Below the pieces are notes generated by a model that was not told the DNA's origin, did no database searches, and worked only from the letters and a program-made list of their open reading frames with translations. From Candidatus Stammera capleta (lineage in GTDB: Bacteria > Pseudomonadota > Gammaproteobacteria > Enterobacterales > Enterobacteriaceae), in assembly GCA_036689295.1 (NCBI GenBank), contig CP144785.1, positions 24,308 to 88,307 of the forward strand: a stretch of 64,000 nucleotides of DNA, in the 5' to 3' direction. Of the stretch, positions 1-14,585 are shown in pieces. Each line of letters begins with the position of its first letter. Positions within the stretch are counted from its first letter, which is position 1. The position numbers and the translations under genes are program-made.

Positions 1-1246
1 ATTAATTATTGATGATAAAACTTTTTTTTCATATTCTGATGGAATTAGTTTTAATTCTATTTTTGATAGTATAAAAAAAATTAAATTTTTTTGTTTTGAT
101 AAAATGATTTTTAAAAAATATAATATGTTTTTTTTACCTAATATATCAAATTATTATAGTTTTAAATCTCCTATAGATAATAATTTAAGTAAAAAGAAAA
201 TTGATTTATTATTTTATTTAGATAATTATATTAGAAAAAAAGATAATCGTATTAAATATGTTTGTTTAAATTTTTTTAGTAGTTATGATGTTATTTTGAT
301 TGTTTCTACTGATGATATATTTATAGGTGATGTTAGACCTTTAATACATTTATCTATTAAAGTAAAGTTTGAGGAAGATAATTTAAATGAATTAGGATTT
401 AGTAGTGGTGGAGGTCGTTATTCATATGATGAATTTGTTTTAAAGAAAAAAAATAATATTAGTTTTGTTAATTATATAGCTGATGAGTCAATTAGAATAG
501 GTAGAAATAATTTAAAAGCTATAAATTCTCCTGCTGGTAATATACCTATTGTTTTGGGTAGTGGTTGACCTGGTGTTTTATTTCATGAATCTGTAGGTCA
601 TGGTTTAGAAGGAGATTTTATACGTAGAAAAACTTCTATATATTATAATATGTTAGGTAAAAAAGTAGCTTCTTCTTTATGTACTGTTGTTGATGATGGT
701 ACTTTATATGGTAAAAGGGGTTCTTTGAATATAGATGATGAAGGTACTGTTACTAGTAAAAATATTTTAATTAATGATGGAATTTTAAAATCTTATATGT
801 TAGATAAGTTTAATGCTAATTTAATGAATTTAAAATCTACTGGTAATGCTAGAAGACAATCTTATTGTTTTTTACCTATTCCTAGGATGACTAATACTTA
901 TTTATTACCTGGTAAAAGTAAATTAAGTGATATTATTAGTAGTATTGATTATGGTTTGTATATAGTTAATTTATCTGGTGGTCAGGTTGATATTACTTCT
1001 GGTAAATTTGTTTTTACAGTTTTAGAAGGATATTTAATTAAAAATGGTGTTATTTCTGTACCTGTTAAACAATCTACTTTGATAGGATCTGGTATAGAAA
1101 TTATGAATAAAATTAGTATGGTATCTAATGATTTAAAATTTGATAGTGGTAGTGGTACTTGTGGAAAAGATGGTCAAAATATTCCAGTTGGAGTAGGTCA
1201 ACCTTCTTTAAAAATTGATTCTATGATAGTTGGTGGAATTAATTAA
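1..1246 (+). CDS. tldD: TldD-family metalloprotease (5' end outside window; codon frame starts at nt 2)
   Basis: ORFs 104-568 and 650-1246 are co-frame and joined through TGA 566-568. The junction reads [21 protein letters not shown], which contains the HExxGH motif. The frame is open to the left edge and ends at TAA. Confidence 0.85.
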
Positions 1247-1270
1247 TAATTATTTATATATGGTTATTTT

Positions 1271-1675
1271 ATGAATAAAAATATTAATTGATATATAATT
1301 GATGCTAAAAAAAAAATTTTAGGTAGATTAATTACTAATGTAGTTTATTTTCTTATGGGTAAAAATAAATCTAATTATTTACCTTATAAAGATAATGGTA
1401 ATTATGTTATTTTAATTAATATTAAAGATGTTTTGATTACTGGTAATAAAAAAAAAAATAAAATTTATTATAGTCATAGTGGTTATGTTGGTAATTTAAA
1501 ATCTATTTCTTATGAAAATCTTTTTTTTAAAAACCCTAAGTACGTTATTATTCATGCGGTTAAAGGTATGTTACCAAAAAATCATTTAGGTAAATGTTAT
1601 TTAAAAAGATTAAAAATTTATTTGGATGGTAATCATTTACATTTATCTCAAAAACCTGTTTTTATTAATTTTTAA
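1271..1675 (+). CDS. rplM: 50S ribosomal protein L13
   Basis: ATG at 1271 is co-frame with ORF 1355-1675 through one TGA. The N-terminus [15 protein letters not shown] matches the L13 pattern (W.VDA..LGRL). The rplM-rpsI pair is conserved. Confidence 0.93.
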
Positions 1676-1686
1676 GGTGTAAATTT

Positions 1687-2073
1687 ATGTATTATAGTAC
1701 TGGAAGACGTAAAACTTCTTCAGCAAGAGTATTTATGAAGGATGGTATAGGTAAAATATATATAAATAATTTATTGTATAAAAAATATTTTTTTAATAAA
1801 ATAATGCAAAAAATTATTATTCAACCTTTTAAAGTTGTAGATGATTTTAATATAAATAAATTTGATTTTTTTATTACTGTTAAAGGTGGTGGAATTTCAA
1901 GTCAGTCTATTGCAGTAAGACATGGTATTAGTAGAGTTTTATTAAAATATAATAGTAATTTTAAAAGTAAATTAAGAGTTTATGGTTTTATTACTCGTGA
2001 TTCTAGAAAGGTAGAAAGAAAGAAATATGGTTTTAGAAAATCTCGTTGTAGATCACAGTATTCTAAACGTTAA
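1687..2073 (+). CDS. rpsI: 30S ribosomal protein S9
   Basis: [14 protein letters not shown] and [10 protein letters not shown]...RHGISR...[14 protein letters not shown]...YSKR are S9 hallmarks. Confidence 0.95.
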   Translation: MYYSTGRRKTSSARVFMKDGIGKIYINNLLYKKYFFNKIMQKIIIQPFKVVDDFNINKFDFFITVKGGGISSQSIAVRHGISRVLLKYNSNFKSKLRVYGFITRDSRKVERKKYGFRKSRCRSQYSKR

Positions 2074-2078
2074 TATTT

Positions 2079-4610
2079 ATGTCTAAAAAAATAACTCCTA
2101 TTATTAAACAATATTTGAATATAAAGAAGTTATATCCTAATATGTTATTATTTTATCAAATAGGTGATTTTTATGAGTTTTTTTATGATGATGCTATTAA
2201 GGTTTCTAATTTATTAAATATAGTATTAACTGAAAAAAAATTTAATAATATTCCAATGTCTGGTTTTCCTTTGTTTTCTGCAGATAATTATATTTTAAAA
2301 TTAATTAATTTAGGAGAATCAGTTGTTTTATGTAATCAAGTTGATGACAACAATATTGTTGAATTTAATAAAAGTAACAAGTTAATAGATCGTGTTGTAA
2401 CTAAGATAATTACTCCTGGTACTATTACTAAAGATTATTTTTTAAATAGTAATAAAGACAATTATATATCATCTTTATTTTGAAATAAGAATGATAATTC
2501 TTTTGGTTATTCTTATTTAGATATTTTTTCTGGTAGATTTTATTTATTTGAAACTAAAAATATTGAATTTTTAAAATCTGAAATATTAAGAACTAGTCCT
2601 TCAGAATTATTATATTATGATAGAATAGAAAAAATTTTTCCTATTAAAGAATTTAATATTAAGTGTTTAAAAAAAATATATATTAATCATTTTGATTATG
2701 ATAAAAATTATAATATTCTTATTGAACATTTTAATGTTTTAAATCTTGATTGTTATGGTATTGAAAAATATATTTCTGGTATAAGAGCTGCTGGATATTT
2801 ATTAAGTTATGTAAAATCTATTCAATTTAATAATTTATTTTATGTGAATAAAATTATTTTAAGAAATAGTAATAAATATATATATATTGATTTTAATACT
2901 ATTAAAAATTTGGAATTATTAGATTCTTTTTCTGGTAATAAAAAAAAAACTCTTTATTATATATTAAATAACACTACAACACCAATGGGTTGTAGAATGT
3001 TAAAAAGATGAATTATTTTTCCAAGATGTAATGTTAATGTTATAAATGATAGACATAATATTATTGATTTTATTGGTGATAAAAATATTTGTTTAAGAAA
3101 ATTATTATCAAATATAGGTGATTTTGAAAGAATAATAGGTAAAATCTTTTTGTATGATGTTAATCAAATTAATTTAATATCTTTTAAAAATTCTTTGAAT
3201 TTTATATTAAAAATAATAAATTTATTTGATGTAAATAATAAAATTAAAATTATTAATTTTTTTTTTTATAATAAAAAAATTATATGTAAATTATATAATT
3301 TAATTAATATTTCTATTGTTGACCCATGTATGGATAATAGTAATATTATTTTATTAGGTTATAATAATAAATTGGATAGTTTAAAAAATAGTAATTTATT
3401 GAATAAAAAAAAATTGCTATATTTAGAAAATATTGATAAGAATAAATATAATATTAAAAGTGTTAAATATAAATATAGCAAATTACATGGATATTATATA
3501 CAAATTAATAAGTCTGATATTAATTTAGTTCCTGATTATTACATAAAATATCAAGTATTAAAAAATTCTGTTAGATTTTTTTCTAATAAATTAAAAAAAT
3601 ATGAATTTAGTTTTTTATTAATTAAAAAAAAAATAAAGATTTTAGAAAAAAAAATATTTTTAAATATTTTAAAAAAAATTAATAAATATATGTATATTTT
3701 AAAAAATATTTCATATTATTTATCTAAATTAGATATATTATCTAATTTTTTGGAAAGATCTTTATTTTTAAATTATGTAAAGCCTATTTTTGTAAAAGAA
3801 TCTTTAATAAAAATAAAAAATGGTAGACATCCTATATTAGAGTGTAATATTAATTCTAATTTTATATCTAATAGTTTATTTTTAAATAAAAATATAAGAT
3901 CTTTACTAATTACAGGTCCTAATATGGGTGGTAAAAGTACTTATATGAGACAAATAGGTTTAATAGTTATTATGGCTTATATAGGTTCTTATGTGCCTGC
4001 TGATTTTGTTATTTTAGGTCCTATAGATAGAATTTTAACTAGAATAGGATTTTCTGATGATATATCTTCTAATAAATCTACTTTTATGATAGAAATGAGT
4101 GATATATCTAAAATTATTAATAGTTCTACATATAATAGTTTAGTATTAATAGATGAAATGGGTAGAGGTACTTCTTTTAAAGAAGGTTTATGTATATCTT
4201 GATCATGTTTATATTATATTTTAAAATTTATTAAACCTATTATGTTATTTTCTACTCATTTTATAGAATTATCTAAATTAAGTAATATTTTTAGTATAAT
4301 TAAAAATGTTTATTTTGATTTTTTAAATTTAAATAATGAAATTATATATCTTTATAAAATTAGATTAGGTGTATGTTTAAGAAGTTTTGGTATAGAATTA
4401 TCTTTTAAATTAGGTTTACCTAAATTTATATTAGATATGTTTTTAGATAAATTTAATAATAGTATTAATTTTTTAGATTTAAAAAAAAAAAAATTATGTT
4501 TTAATAAAAAACATAAAATTATTTCTAAAATTATATCTAATATTGATACTAATAATATTAGTATTAAAAAATTATTTGATAATATTAAATATTTAAAGAG
4601 TCTTTTATAA
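2079..4610 (+). CDS. mutS: DNA mismatch repair protein MutS
   Basis: ORFs 2079, 3150 and 4242 are co-frame and joined only by TGA codons. It has the N-terminal GDFYEFF mismatch-recognition motif, the Walker A ITGPNMGGKSTYMRQ, and LIDEMGRGTS. Length is 843 aa against about 850 in E. coli. Confidence 0.9.
4481..4493 (+). repeat. A13 homopolymer inside mutS (in frame, encodes KKKK)
   Basis: Direct count of consecutive A at 4481-4493. Confidence 0.9.
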
Positions 4611-4640
4611 TTATTAATATTAATAAAGGAAATAAATTAA

Positions 4641-4961
4641 ATGCGTCATTATGAAATAGTTTTAATTATATCTTGTGATAAAAGTATTTATATAGAAGAT
4701 ATAATAAAGTATTATACAAATATTATAAACAAGAATGGTAAATTACATAGATTAGAAAATTGGGGTTTAAGAAGTTTATCTTATAATATTAAAAATAAAA
4801 ATAAAGCTTATTATATTCTTATTAATATAGAGGTTAATTTATATACTATTAATTTAATAAATAATGATTTTAAATTGAATAGTAATATTTTAAGATTTAT
4901 TATAATAAGAAAAAAAAAAGCAGAGTGTAATAATTCTATTATGTTTTCTAATAAAAAATAA
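4641..4961 (+). CDS. rpsF: 30S ribosomal protein S6
   Basis: MRHYEIVLI... start, the ENWGLR motif, and an rpsF-rpsR-rplI context. A GGA-containing SD (aaggaaat) lies upstream. Confidence 0.93.
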   Translation: MRHYEIVLIISCDKSIYIEDIIKYYTNIINKNGKLHRLENWGLRSLSYNIKNKNKAYYILINIEVNLYTINLINNDFKLNSNILRFIIIRKKKAECNNSIMFSNKK

Positions 4962-4990
4962 TAATTAATTTTTTTTTGTAGGAATATTAT

Positions 4991-5224
4991 ATGTTAAAAA
5001 TTATTAAAAATAAAAAAAATTGTTATTTTATTTTAAATAAGTATAAAGATATTGATTATAAAGATATAGATCTTTTAAAAAAATATATTACTGAGTGTAA
5101 CAAAATTATACCTTCTAGAATAACAGGTGTTTCTTCTAAATTTCAAAGAAAATTATCTATAGCTATTAAACGTGCTAGATATTTATCTTTGTTACCTTAT
5201 ACAGATTTACATTATAATATTTAA
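4991..5224 (+). CDS. rpsR: 30S ribosomal protein S18
   Basis: [24 protein letters not shown]...[15 protein letters not shown] is near-identical in pattern to enterobacterial S18. Confidence 0.95.
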   Translation: MLKIIKNKKNCYFILNKYKDIDYKDIDLLKKYITECNKIIPSRITGVSSKFQRKLSIAIKRARYLSLLPYTDLHYNI

Positions 5225-5237
5225 TATAGGTTTATAT

Positions 5238-5693
5238 ATGATAAAAATAATTATTTTAAAAAAAAATAATTTAGGTAATTTTGGTGATATAGTTAATGTA
5301 AAATTAGGTTATGCAAGAAATTATCTTATACCGTATAATAAAGCTATTTATGCTACTAAAATTAATATTAATAAAATTAATAAAAAAAAAATATTTTTAA
5401 GTGAATTTAAAAAAAATAAAGAAATTAAATATGATTATATTTATAAAAAAATTAGTTTGTTATCTCCTTTAAGATTATATTATAGATGTTCTAAAAATGG
5501 TAAATTATTTAATTCTTTAAAGTCTATTGATATATATAAAATTTTGTTAAGTAAGGTAAAGTATAATTTTTCTAAAAAATCAATAGTTTTACCTAATGGT
5601 CCAATAAAAAAAATTGGTAGTCATAAAATTAATATAGTTTTATATAGAAAAAAAAATTTTTCTTTTATTATAGATATAATATCTATAAAATAG
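5238..5693 (+). CDS. rplI: 50S ribosomal protein L9
   Basis: ATG at 5238 gives MIKIIILKKNNLGNFGDIVNVKLGYARNYLIPYNKAIYATK, which follows the L9 N-domain pattern. The track ORF start at 5172 lies inside rpsR and is rejected. Stop is TAG. Confidence 0.92.
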   Translation: MIKIIILKKNNLGNFGDIVNVKLGYARNYLIPYNKAIYATKININKINKKKIFLSEFKKNKEIKYDYIYKKISLLSPLRLYYRCSKNGKLFNSLKSIDIYKILLSKVKYNFSKKSIVLPNGPIKKIGSHKINIVLYRKKNFSFIIDIISIK

Positions 5694-5724
5694 TATAAAA
5701 AAAATATTTTTTTTTTTAAAAAAC

Positions 5725-5753
5725 TTGTTTTATTTTTTTTTTATTGTTATATT
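5725..5753 (+). promoter_or_regulatory. candidate sigma70 rrn promoter (TTGTTT-N17-TATATT)
   Basis: Hexamers at 5725-5730 and 5748-5753 with a 17-nt spacer and an A/T-rich upstream tract, about 140 nt before 16S. AT-richness makes chance matches likely. Confidence 0.3.
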
Positions 5754-5789
5754 ATTATATAATATATTTGTTTTATAAGTTGTGTATTT

Positions 5790-5801
5790 TGTTCTTTAAA
5801 A
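5790..5801 (+). promoter_or_regulatory. boxA-like antitermination element in rrn leader
   Basis: tgttctttaaaa resembles the E. coli rrn boxA TGCTCTTTAACAA. It sits between the candidate promoter and the 16S processing stem, as in E. coli. Confidence 0.55.
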
Positions 5802-5806
5802 TAAAT

Positions 5807-5832
5807 TACTGTGTGAGTACTTATAAAATATT
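5807..5832 (+). other. 5' strand of long-range 16S processing stem (pairs with 7470-7496)
   Basis: Hand pairing gives 5807-5813 with 7490-7496 (7 bp), 5815-5820 with 7483-7488 (6 bp including one G-U) and 5823-5832 with 7470-7479 (10 bp). Confidence 0.7.
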
Positions 5833-5891
5833 AATATTTTTTTTAATTCTTAAATTTTTGTTTATTTTAAGAATTTAAATGTTAGTATTAT

Positions 5892-7461
<1,570 letters not shown>

Positions 7462-7469
7462 TTAAGGAA

Positions 7470-7496
7470 AATATTTTATTTTGTATTCTCACAGTA
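7470..7496 (+). other. 3' strand of 16S processing stem
   Basis: Complementary to 5807-5832 (see that feature). Confidence 0.7.
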
Positions 7497-7519
7497 TTTA
7501 TTTTAATTATTGTATTATT

Positions 7520-7592
7520 GTCCTTTTCGTCTAGTGGTTTAGGACATCGCTCTTTCACGGCGATAGCAGGGGTTCGAATCCCCTAGAGGACG
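7520..7592 (+). tRNA. tRNA-Glu (UUC), in the 16S-23S spacer, no encoded CCA
   Basis: gtccttttcgtctagtgg...ctttcac...ggttcgaatcccctagaggacg. It forms a cloverleaf with anticodon loop CTTTCAC and closely resembles E. coli tRNA-Glu. Confidence 0.95.
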
Positions 7593-7595
7593 TAT

Positions 7596-7607
7596 TGTTC
7601 TTTTATA
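7596..7607 (+). promoter_or_regulatory. second boxA-like element in the spacer
   Basis: tgttcttttata lies just after tRNA-Glu. E. coli also has a spacer boxA ahead of 23S. Confidence 0.4.
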
Positions 7608-7635
7608 GTTTGATTTTTTTTTAAAGACATTTTTA

Positions 7636-10570
<2,935 letters not shown>

Positions 10571-10584
10571 TAAAAATGTTTTTA

Positions 10585-10705
10585 TTTCTGGCGGTAATAG
10601 CATAATGGAACCACCTGATACCATTTCGAACTCAGTAGTGAAACGTTATAGCGCTGATGGTAGTATAAGATTATTCTTATGTGAGAGTAAGACGCTGCCA
10701 GAAAT
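10585..10705 (+). rRNA. rrf: 5S ribosomal RNA
   Basis: tttctggcggtaatagc...ccacctga..cca...cgaactcag.agtgaaacg...gctgccagaaat aligns along its length with E. coli 5S. Confidence 0.93.
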
Positions 10706-10709
10706 TTAA

Positions 10710-10784
10710 GGTACGATAGTTCAGATTGGTTAGAATATCAGCCTGTCACGCTGGAGGTCACGGGTTCGAGTCCCGTTCGTACCG
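10710..10784 (+). tRNA. tRNA-Asp (GUC), distal rrn tRNA, no encoded CCA
   Basis: ggtacgatagttcag..ggttagaata..gcctgtcacgc..gggttcgagtcccgttcgtaccg, with anticodon loop CTGTCAC. Confidence 0.95.
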
Positions 10785-10820
10785 TTGCTATTTTTTTTAT
10801 AAGGTATATATATAATTAAA

Positions 10821-11369
10821 ATGTTATATAATAAGAATAATTTAATTTGAATAGATTTAGAAATGACTGGGTTAAATCCAGAAATAAACAAAATTATAGA
10901 AATAGCTACATTAGTTACTGATAATAATTTAAATATTATTTCTGAAGGTCCTAATATTGTAATATATCAAAATAATGATTGTATTTGTAATATGGATAGT
11001 TGAAATAATAAAGTTCATACAAATAGTGGTTTGATAAGTAAAGTAAAAAATAGTATTTTTGATGAAAAAAAAGCTGAAAATATTACATTAAATTTTTTAA
11101 GTAAATTTGTTCCTAAAAATACTTCTCCTATTTGTGGTAGTACTGTTGCTCAAGATAGAAGATTTTTATTTAAATACATGCCTTATTTAGAGTCTTATTT
11201 TAATTATAGATATATTGATGTAAGTTCTTTAAAAGAATTAGTAAAAAGATGATTTCCAAAATTTTCTTTTATAAATAAAAATATTAATAAACATAGTGCT
11301 ATATATGATATTAAAAATTCAATTAAAGAATTAATTTATTATCGTAAAATATTTTTTAATAATGTATAA
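10821..11369 (+). CDS. orn: oligoribonuclease
   Basis: [26 protein letters not shown] (W encoded by TGA) matches the Orn N-terminus. It is co-frame with ORF 11031-11252 and continues to TAA at 11367. The orn followed by tRNA-Gly(GCC) order matches E. coli. Confidence 0.9.
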
Positions 11370-11389
11370 ATTTTTATTTATTTTTTTTT

Positions 11390-11461
11390 GCGGAAATAGC
11401 TCAGAGGTAGAGCATAACCTTGCCAAGGTTAGTGTCGCGAGTTCGAATCTCGTTTTCCGCT
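11390..11461 (+). tRNA. tRNA-Gly (GCC)
   Basis: gcggaaatagctcag.ggtagagca.aaccttgccaaggtt...gcgagttcgaatctcgttttccgct, with anticodon loop TTGCCAA. Confidence 0.95.
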
Positions 11462-11540
11462 TACCTCCCTACTCTAACTTTTCTTTTTTTTATATATATT
11501 TTTTTTTAAAAAAAATATATTTTTTTATAAAATTATTAAT

Positions 11541-11993
11541 ATGAAAAAAAAAATTATTTTAAAAAATATTTATTCAACTTCATTTTTATCATGAAAAATA
11601 TATATTTTATTAAAAAATAATATATATATATATATATCTGGTCCTATTGGAATAGGTAAAACATTTTTTTGTAGTTGTTTTATTAAAAATTTTGGTTTTA
11701 ATGGTATTGTAAATAGTCCAAGTTTTAATTTAGTTAATGAATATTATTTTAAAAAATTTTATATATATCATTTTGATTTTTATAAAATAAATAATGTAAA
11801 TGATTTAATAGATATAGATTTATATAATTATTTTAATAACAATGATATTTGTTTAGTAGAGTGACCTGATAATTTTATTTCATATTTACCTAAATGTGAT
11901 TTATATATTATATTTTATTATAAATTTAATTTTCGTTTTATTAAAATATATTCATATACTAAAATTGGAAATAAAATTTTAAATTTATTATAA
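11541..11993 (+). CDS. tsaE: tRNA t6A37 biosynthesis ATPase TsaE
   Basis: P-loop SGPIGIGKTFF, then VNSPSFNLVNEY and LVEWPD (W encoded by TGA). It lies immediately upstream of mutL, as in E. coli tsaE-amiB-mutL. All pieces are under 60 aa, so the gene is missing from the ORF track. Confidence 0.82.
11620..11637 (+). repeat. (AT)9 dinucleotide repeat inside tsaE
   Basis: atatatatatatatatat, read in frame as IYIYI directly before the P-loop. Confidence 0.9.
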
Positions 11994-12003
11994 TTATTAT
12001 TAT

Positions 12004-13647
12004 ATGAAAATAAATTTTTTACCTGAAGAAACTATAAGAAAAATTTCTGCTGGTGAATTTGTTAATAAATTATATAAAATATTAAAAGAATTATTAGAAA
12101 ATAGTTTAGATGCAAACTCATCTGAAATTAAAATATATTTATTAAATAATGGTTTAGATTTAATTAAAATAGTTGATAATGGTTTTGGTATTAAAAAAAA
12201 TGATTTATTAAATATTATTAAAAGAGATTTTACTAATAAAATTTATTATTTTAAAGATTTAAATAAAATAAATACATTTGGTTTTCGTGGCAAAACTTTA
12301 TCTAGTATTAGTTCTATTTCAAATATTTTTATTTTATCAAAGACTAAATATCAAAGACATGGTTGAATGGTATTTAATAATTCTAATAATTTTTTAAATT
12401 TTTATTTAAAACCTGTTTTACATAAAGTAGGAACAACAATTATAATAAAAAATATTTGTTTATATAAAAAATGCAATAATAATTTTTCATTTTTAAAATA
12501 TAATGAATGAATATTAATAAAAAATATTATATATAATATTGTTATTTCTAATTATAAAGTTAAATTTTCTATTTATAAAGATAATAAATTATGAAGAAAA
12601 TATAATTATTTTAGAAATAATTATTTAAATTTTAAAAATAGTGTAATTAGTATATATGGAAAAAATATATTTAGTAATTATATAAAAATTAATATAAAAA
12701 ATGTTTATTTCAATAATTATGGTTTTTTTTTCTTAAATACAAATAAAATTAATATTATTTATTTAAATAAAAGAATTATATCTAAAGACAATATATTGTA
12801 TTTAATTATAAATAAATTTATAAGAGATAATTATAATTATAATTATAATGTATCTTATATATTATTTTTTTTAATTAATTATAAAGAAATAAATTTAAAT
12901 ATTAGTCCTGATAAAAAAAAAATTTTATTTATAAATCCTTCATTTTGATTTAATGAAATTTATAATAGTTATTTATTATTTTTTAAAAAAAAAAATGTAA
13001 TTAATTCAAAATATTTATATATTAATAAAAAAAAAAAAAAATATATAAATAAAAGTAATGATTATATTCAATATTTTATAAATAATTTTGGATATATTAT
13101 TAATATATTTAATAATCGTTTTTTATGTACTATTAAAAATAAAAATATTATTTTTTTTGATTTATATATAATTTATTATTATTTTAATATATTTATTTTA
13201 AAAGGATTTAAAAATATTTTGATTGTAAAAAAAAATGTTAATAAAGAAATTTTAATTAATAAGATTAATATTATTGATAAATACATAATTAATATAATAA
13301 TTAAATTAGGTATAGATTTTTATTTATATAATAATAAAATTATTATTAAATCTTTACCTTTGGAATTATTAGGTATTAAATTAGATATTTTTTTTAAAAA
13401 TTTATTTTTTTTTTATAATAAACATAAAAAAAATAATAATATTATTAAAATATTAATTTATTGAATTTCTGATTATTTTATTTTAAATAATATTTGAAAT
13501 AATTACAAATCTATGCTATTAATTTCTAGATTTTATGAAGTATATTTTAATTTATTTAATAATAAATTTATTATAAAAAAATTTTTTTTTATTGTTAATT
13601 TTAGTAAAATATCTTTATATATGTTAGATTATTTATATAATGAATAG
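12004..13647 (+). CDS. mutL: DNA mismatch repair protein MutL
   Basis: GHKL ATPase motifs are present: ELLENSLDA, VDNGFGI and FGFRGKTLSSI. A NISPDKKKILF segment aligns with the HPAKHEVRF motif. ORFs 12004 and 13219 are co-frame, I checked the interior codon by codon, and only TGA interrupts. Stop is TAG at 13645. Confidence 0.85.
13027..13041 (+). repeat. A15 homopolymer inside mutL (in frame, KKKKK)
   Basis: Direct count of consecutive A at 13027-13041. Confidence 0.9.
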
Positions 13648-14578
13648 TTTATATAAAAATATCTTTTGTATTTTAGGACCTACTGGTATTGGTAAAAGTT
13701 TAATTTCAATGAAATTATGTGATTTATTACCTTTAGAAATTATAAGTGTAGATTCAGCTTTAATTTATAAATATTTAAATATTGGTACGTGTAAACCTAG
13801 TGAACAAGAACTAATTAAATATCCTCATAAATTAATAAATATTTTGGATCCTAAAGAAATTTATTCTGTTAGTTCTTTTTTTTTTGATGTAATAAATGAA
13901 ATTAAAAATATTTATTATAATAATAAAATACCTTTATTAGTTGGTGGAACTATGATGTATTATAATATTTTATTTAATGGATTATATATATTACCTAAAG
14001 GTAATTTTTATTTACGTAAGTATATAGATTTATTATTTAATAAATATGGTTCTATATATTTATATAATTTATTATATAAAATAGATTATTTATCTTCAAT
14101 TAAGATACATTATAATGATAAATTTAGAATTAAAAGGAATTTAGAAATTTTTTTATCTACTAAAAAAAATGTTACTTATTTTAAAAAAAATAAAAAAAAA
14201 AAATTAAATAATATTAATATTTATAAAATAATTATTTTACCAAATAATAAATTTGATTTAATTAATTCAATAAAAAATAGATTTTATAATATGTTAAATA
14301 TTGGTTTTGAAGATGAAGTTTTATGATTATATAATAGAGGTGATTTAAATATAAATATGCCTTCTATAAAATGTATTGGATATAAACAGATGTGAATGTA
14401 TATACAAAATAAAATTTCTTATAATAAAATGATAGATGATACTATTAATAAAACAATTTATTTAATTAAAAAACAGTATTCTTGATTAAAGAAATGAAAA
14501 AATTCTTATATTGTTAGATTAAATAATTATAATAATTGTATTAAAAATGTTTTTAATTTTATAAATAGACTTATTTAA
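13640..14578 (+). CDS. miaA: tRNA dimethylallyltransferase
   Basis: P-loop GPTGIGKS, VDSALIYK..NIGTCKP and LVGGTMMY. It overlaps the mutL stop by 8 nt and extends through four TGA codons to TAA at 14576. The mutL-miaA order is conserved. Confidence 0.9.
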
Positions 14579-14585
14579 AATAATA

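Noticed and set aside
5172-5237. Upstream extension of rplI into rpsR, as given by the ORF track start.
   Set aside because: The L9 homology begins at ATG 5238 (MIKIIILKK..). The extension overlaps the conserved S18 C-terminus in another frame.
11462-11482. tacctccct just after tRNA-Gly, which resembles the 16S anti-SD tail.
   Set aside because: It is a short isolated match with no flanking rRNA-like sequence or structure, and is most likely coincidental.
11362-11544. A 60-aa ORF spanning tRNA-Gly, plus ORFs 17973-18188 and 18068-18253 spanning tRNA-Leu and tRNA-Cys.
   Set aside because: They are driven by the tRNA sequences themselves and have no independent coding evidence.
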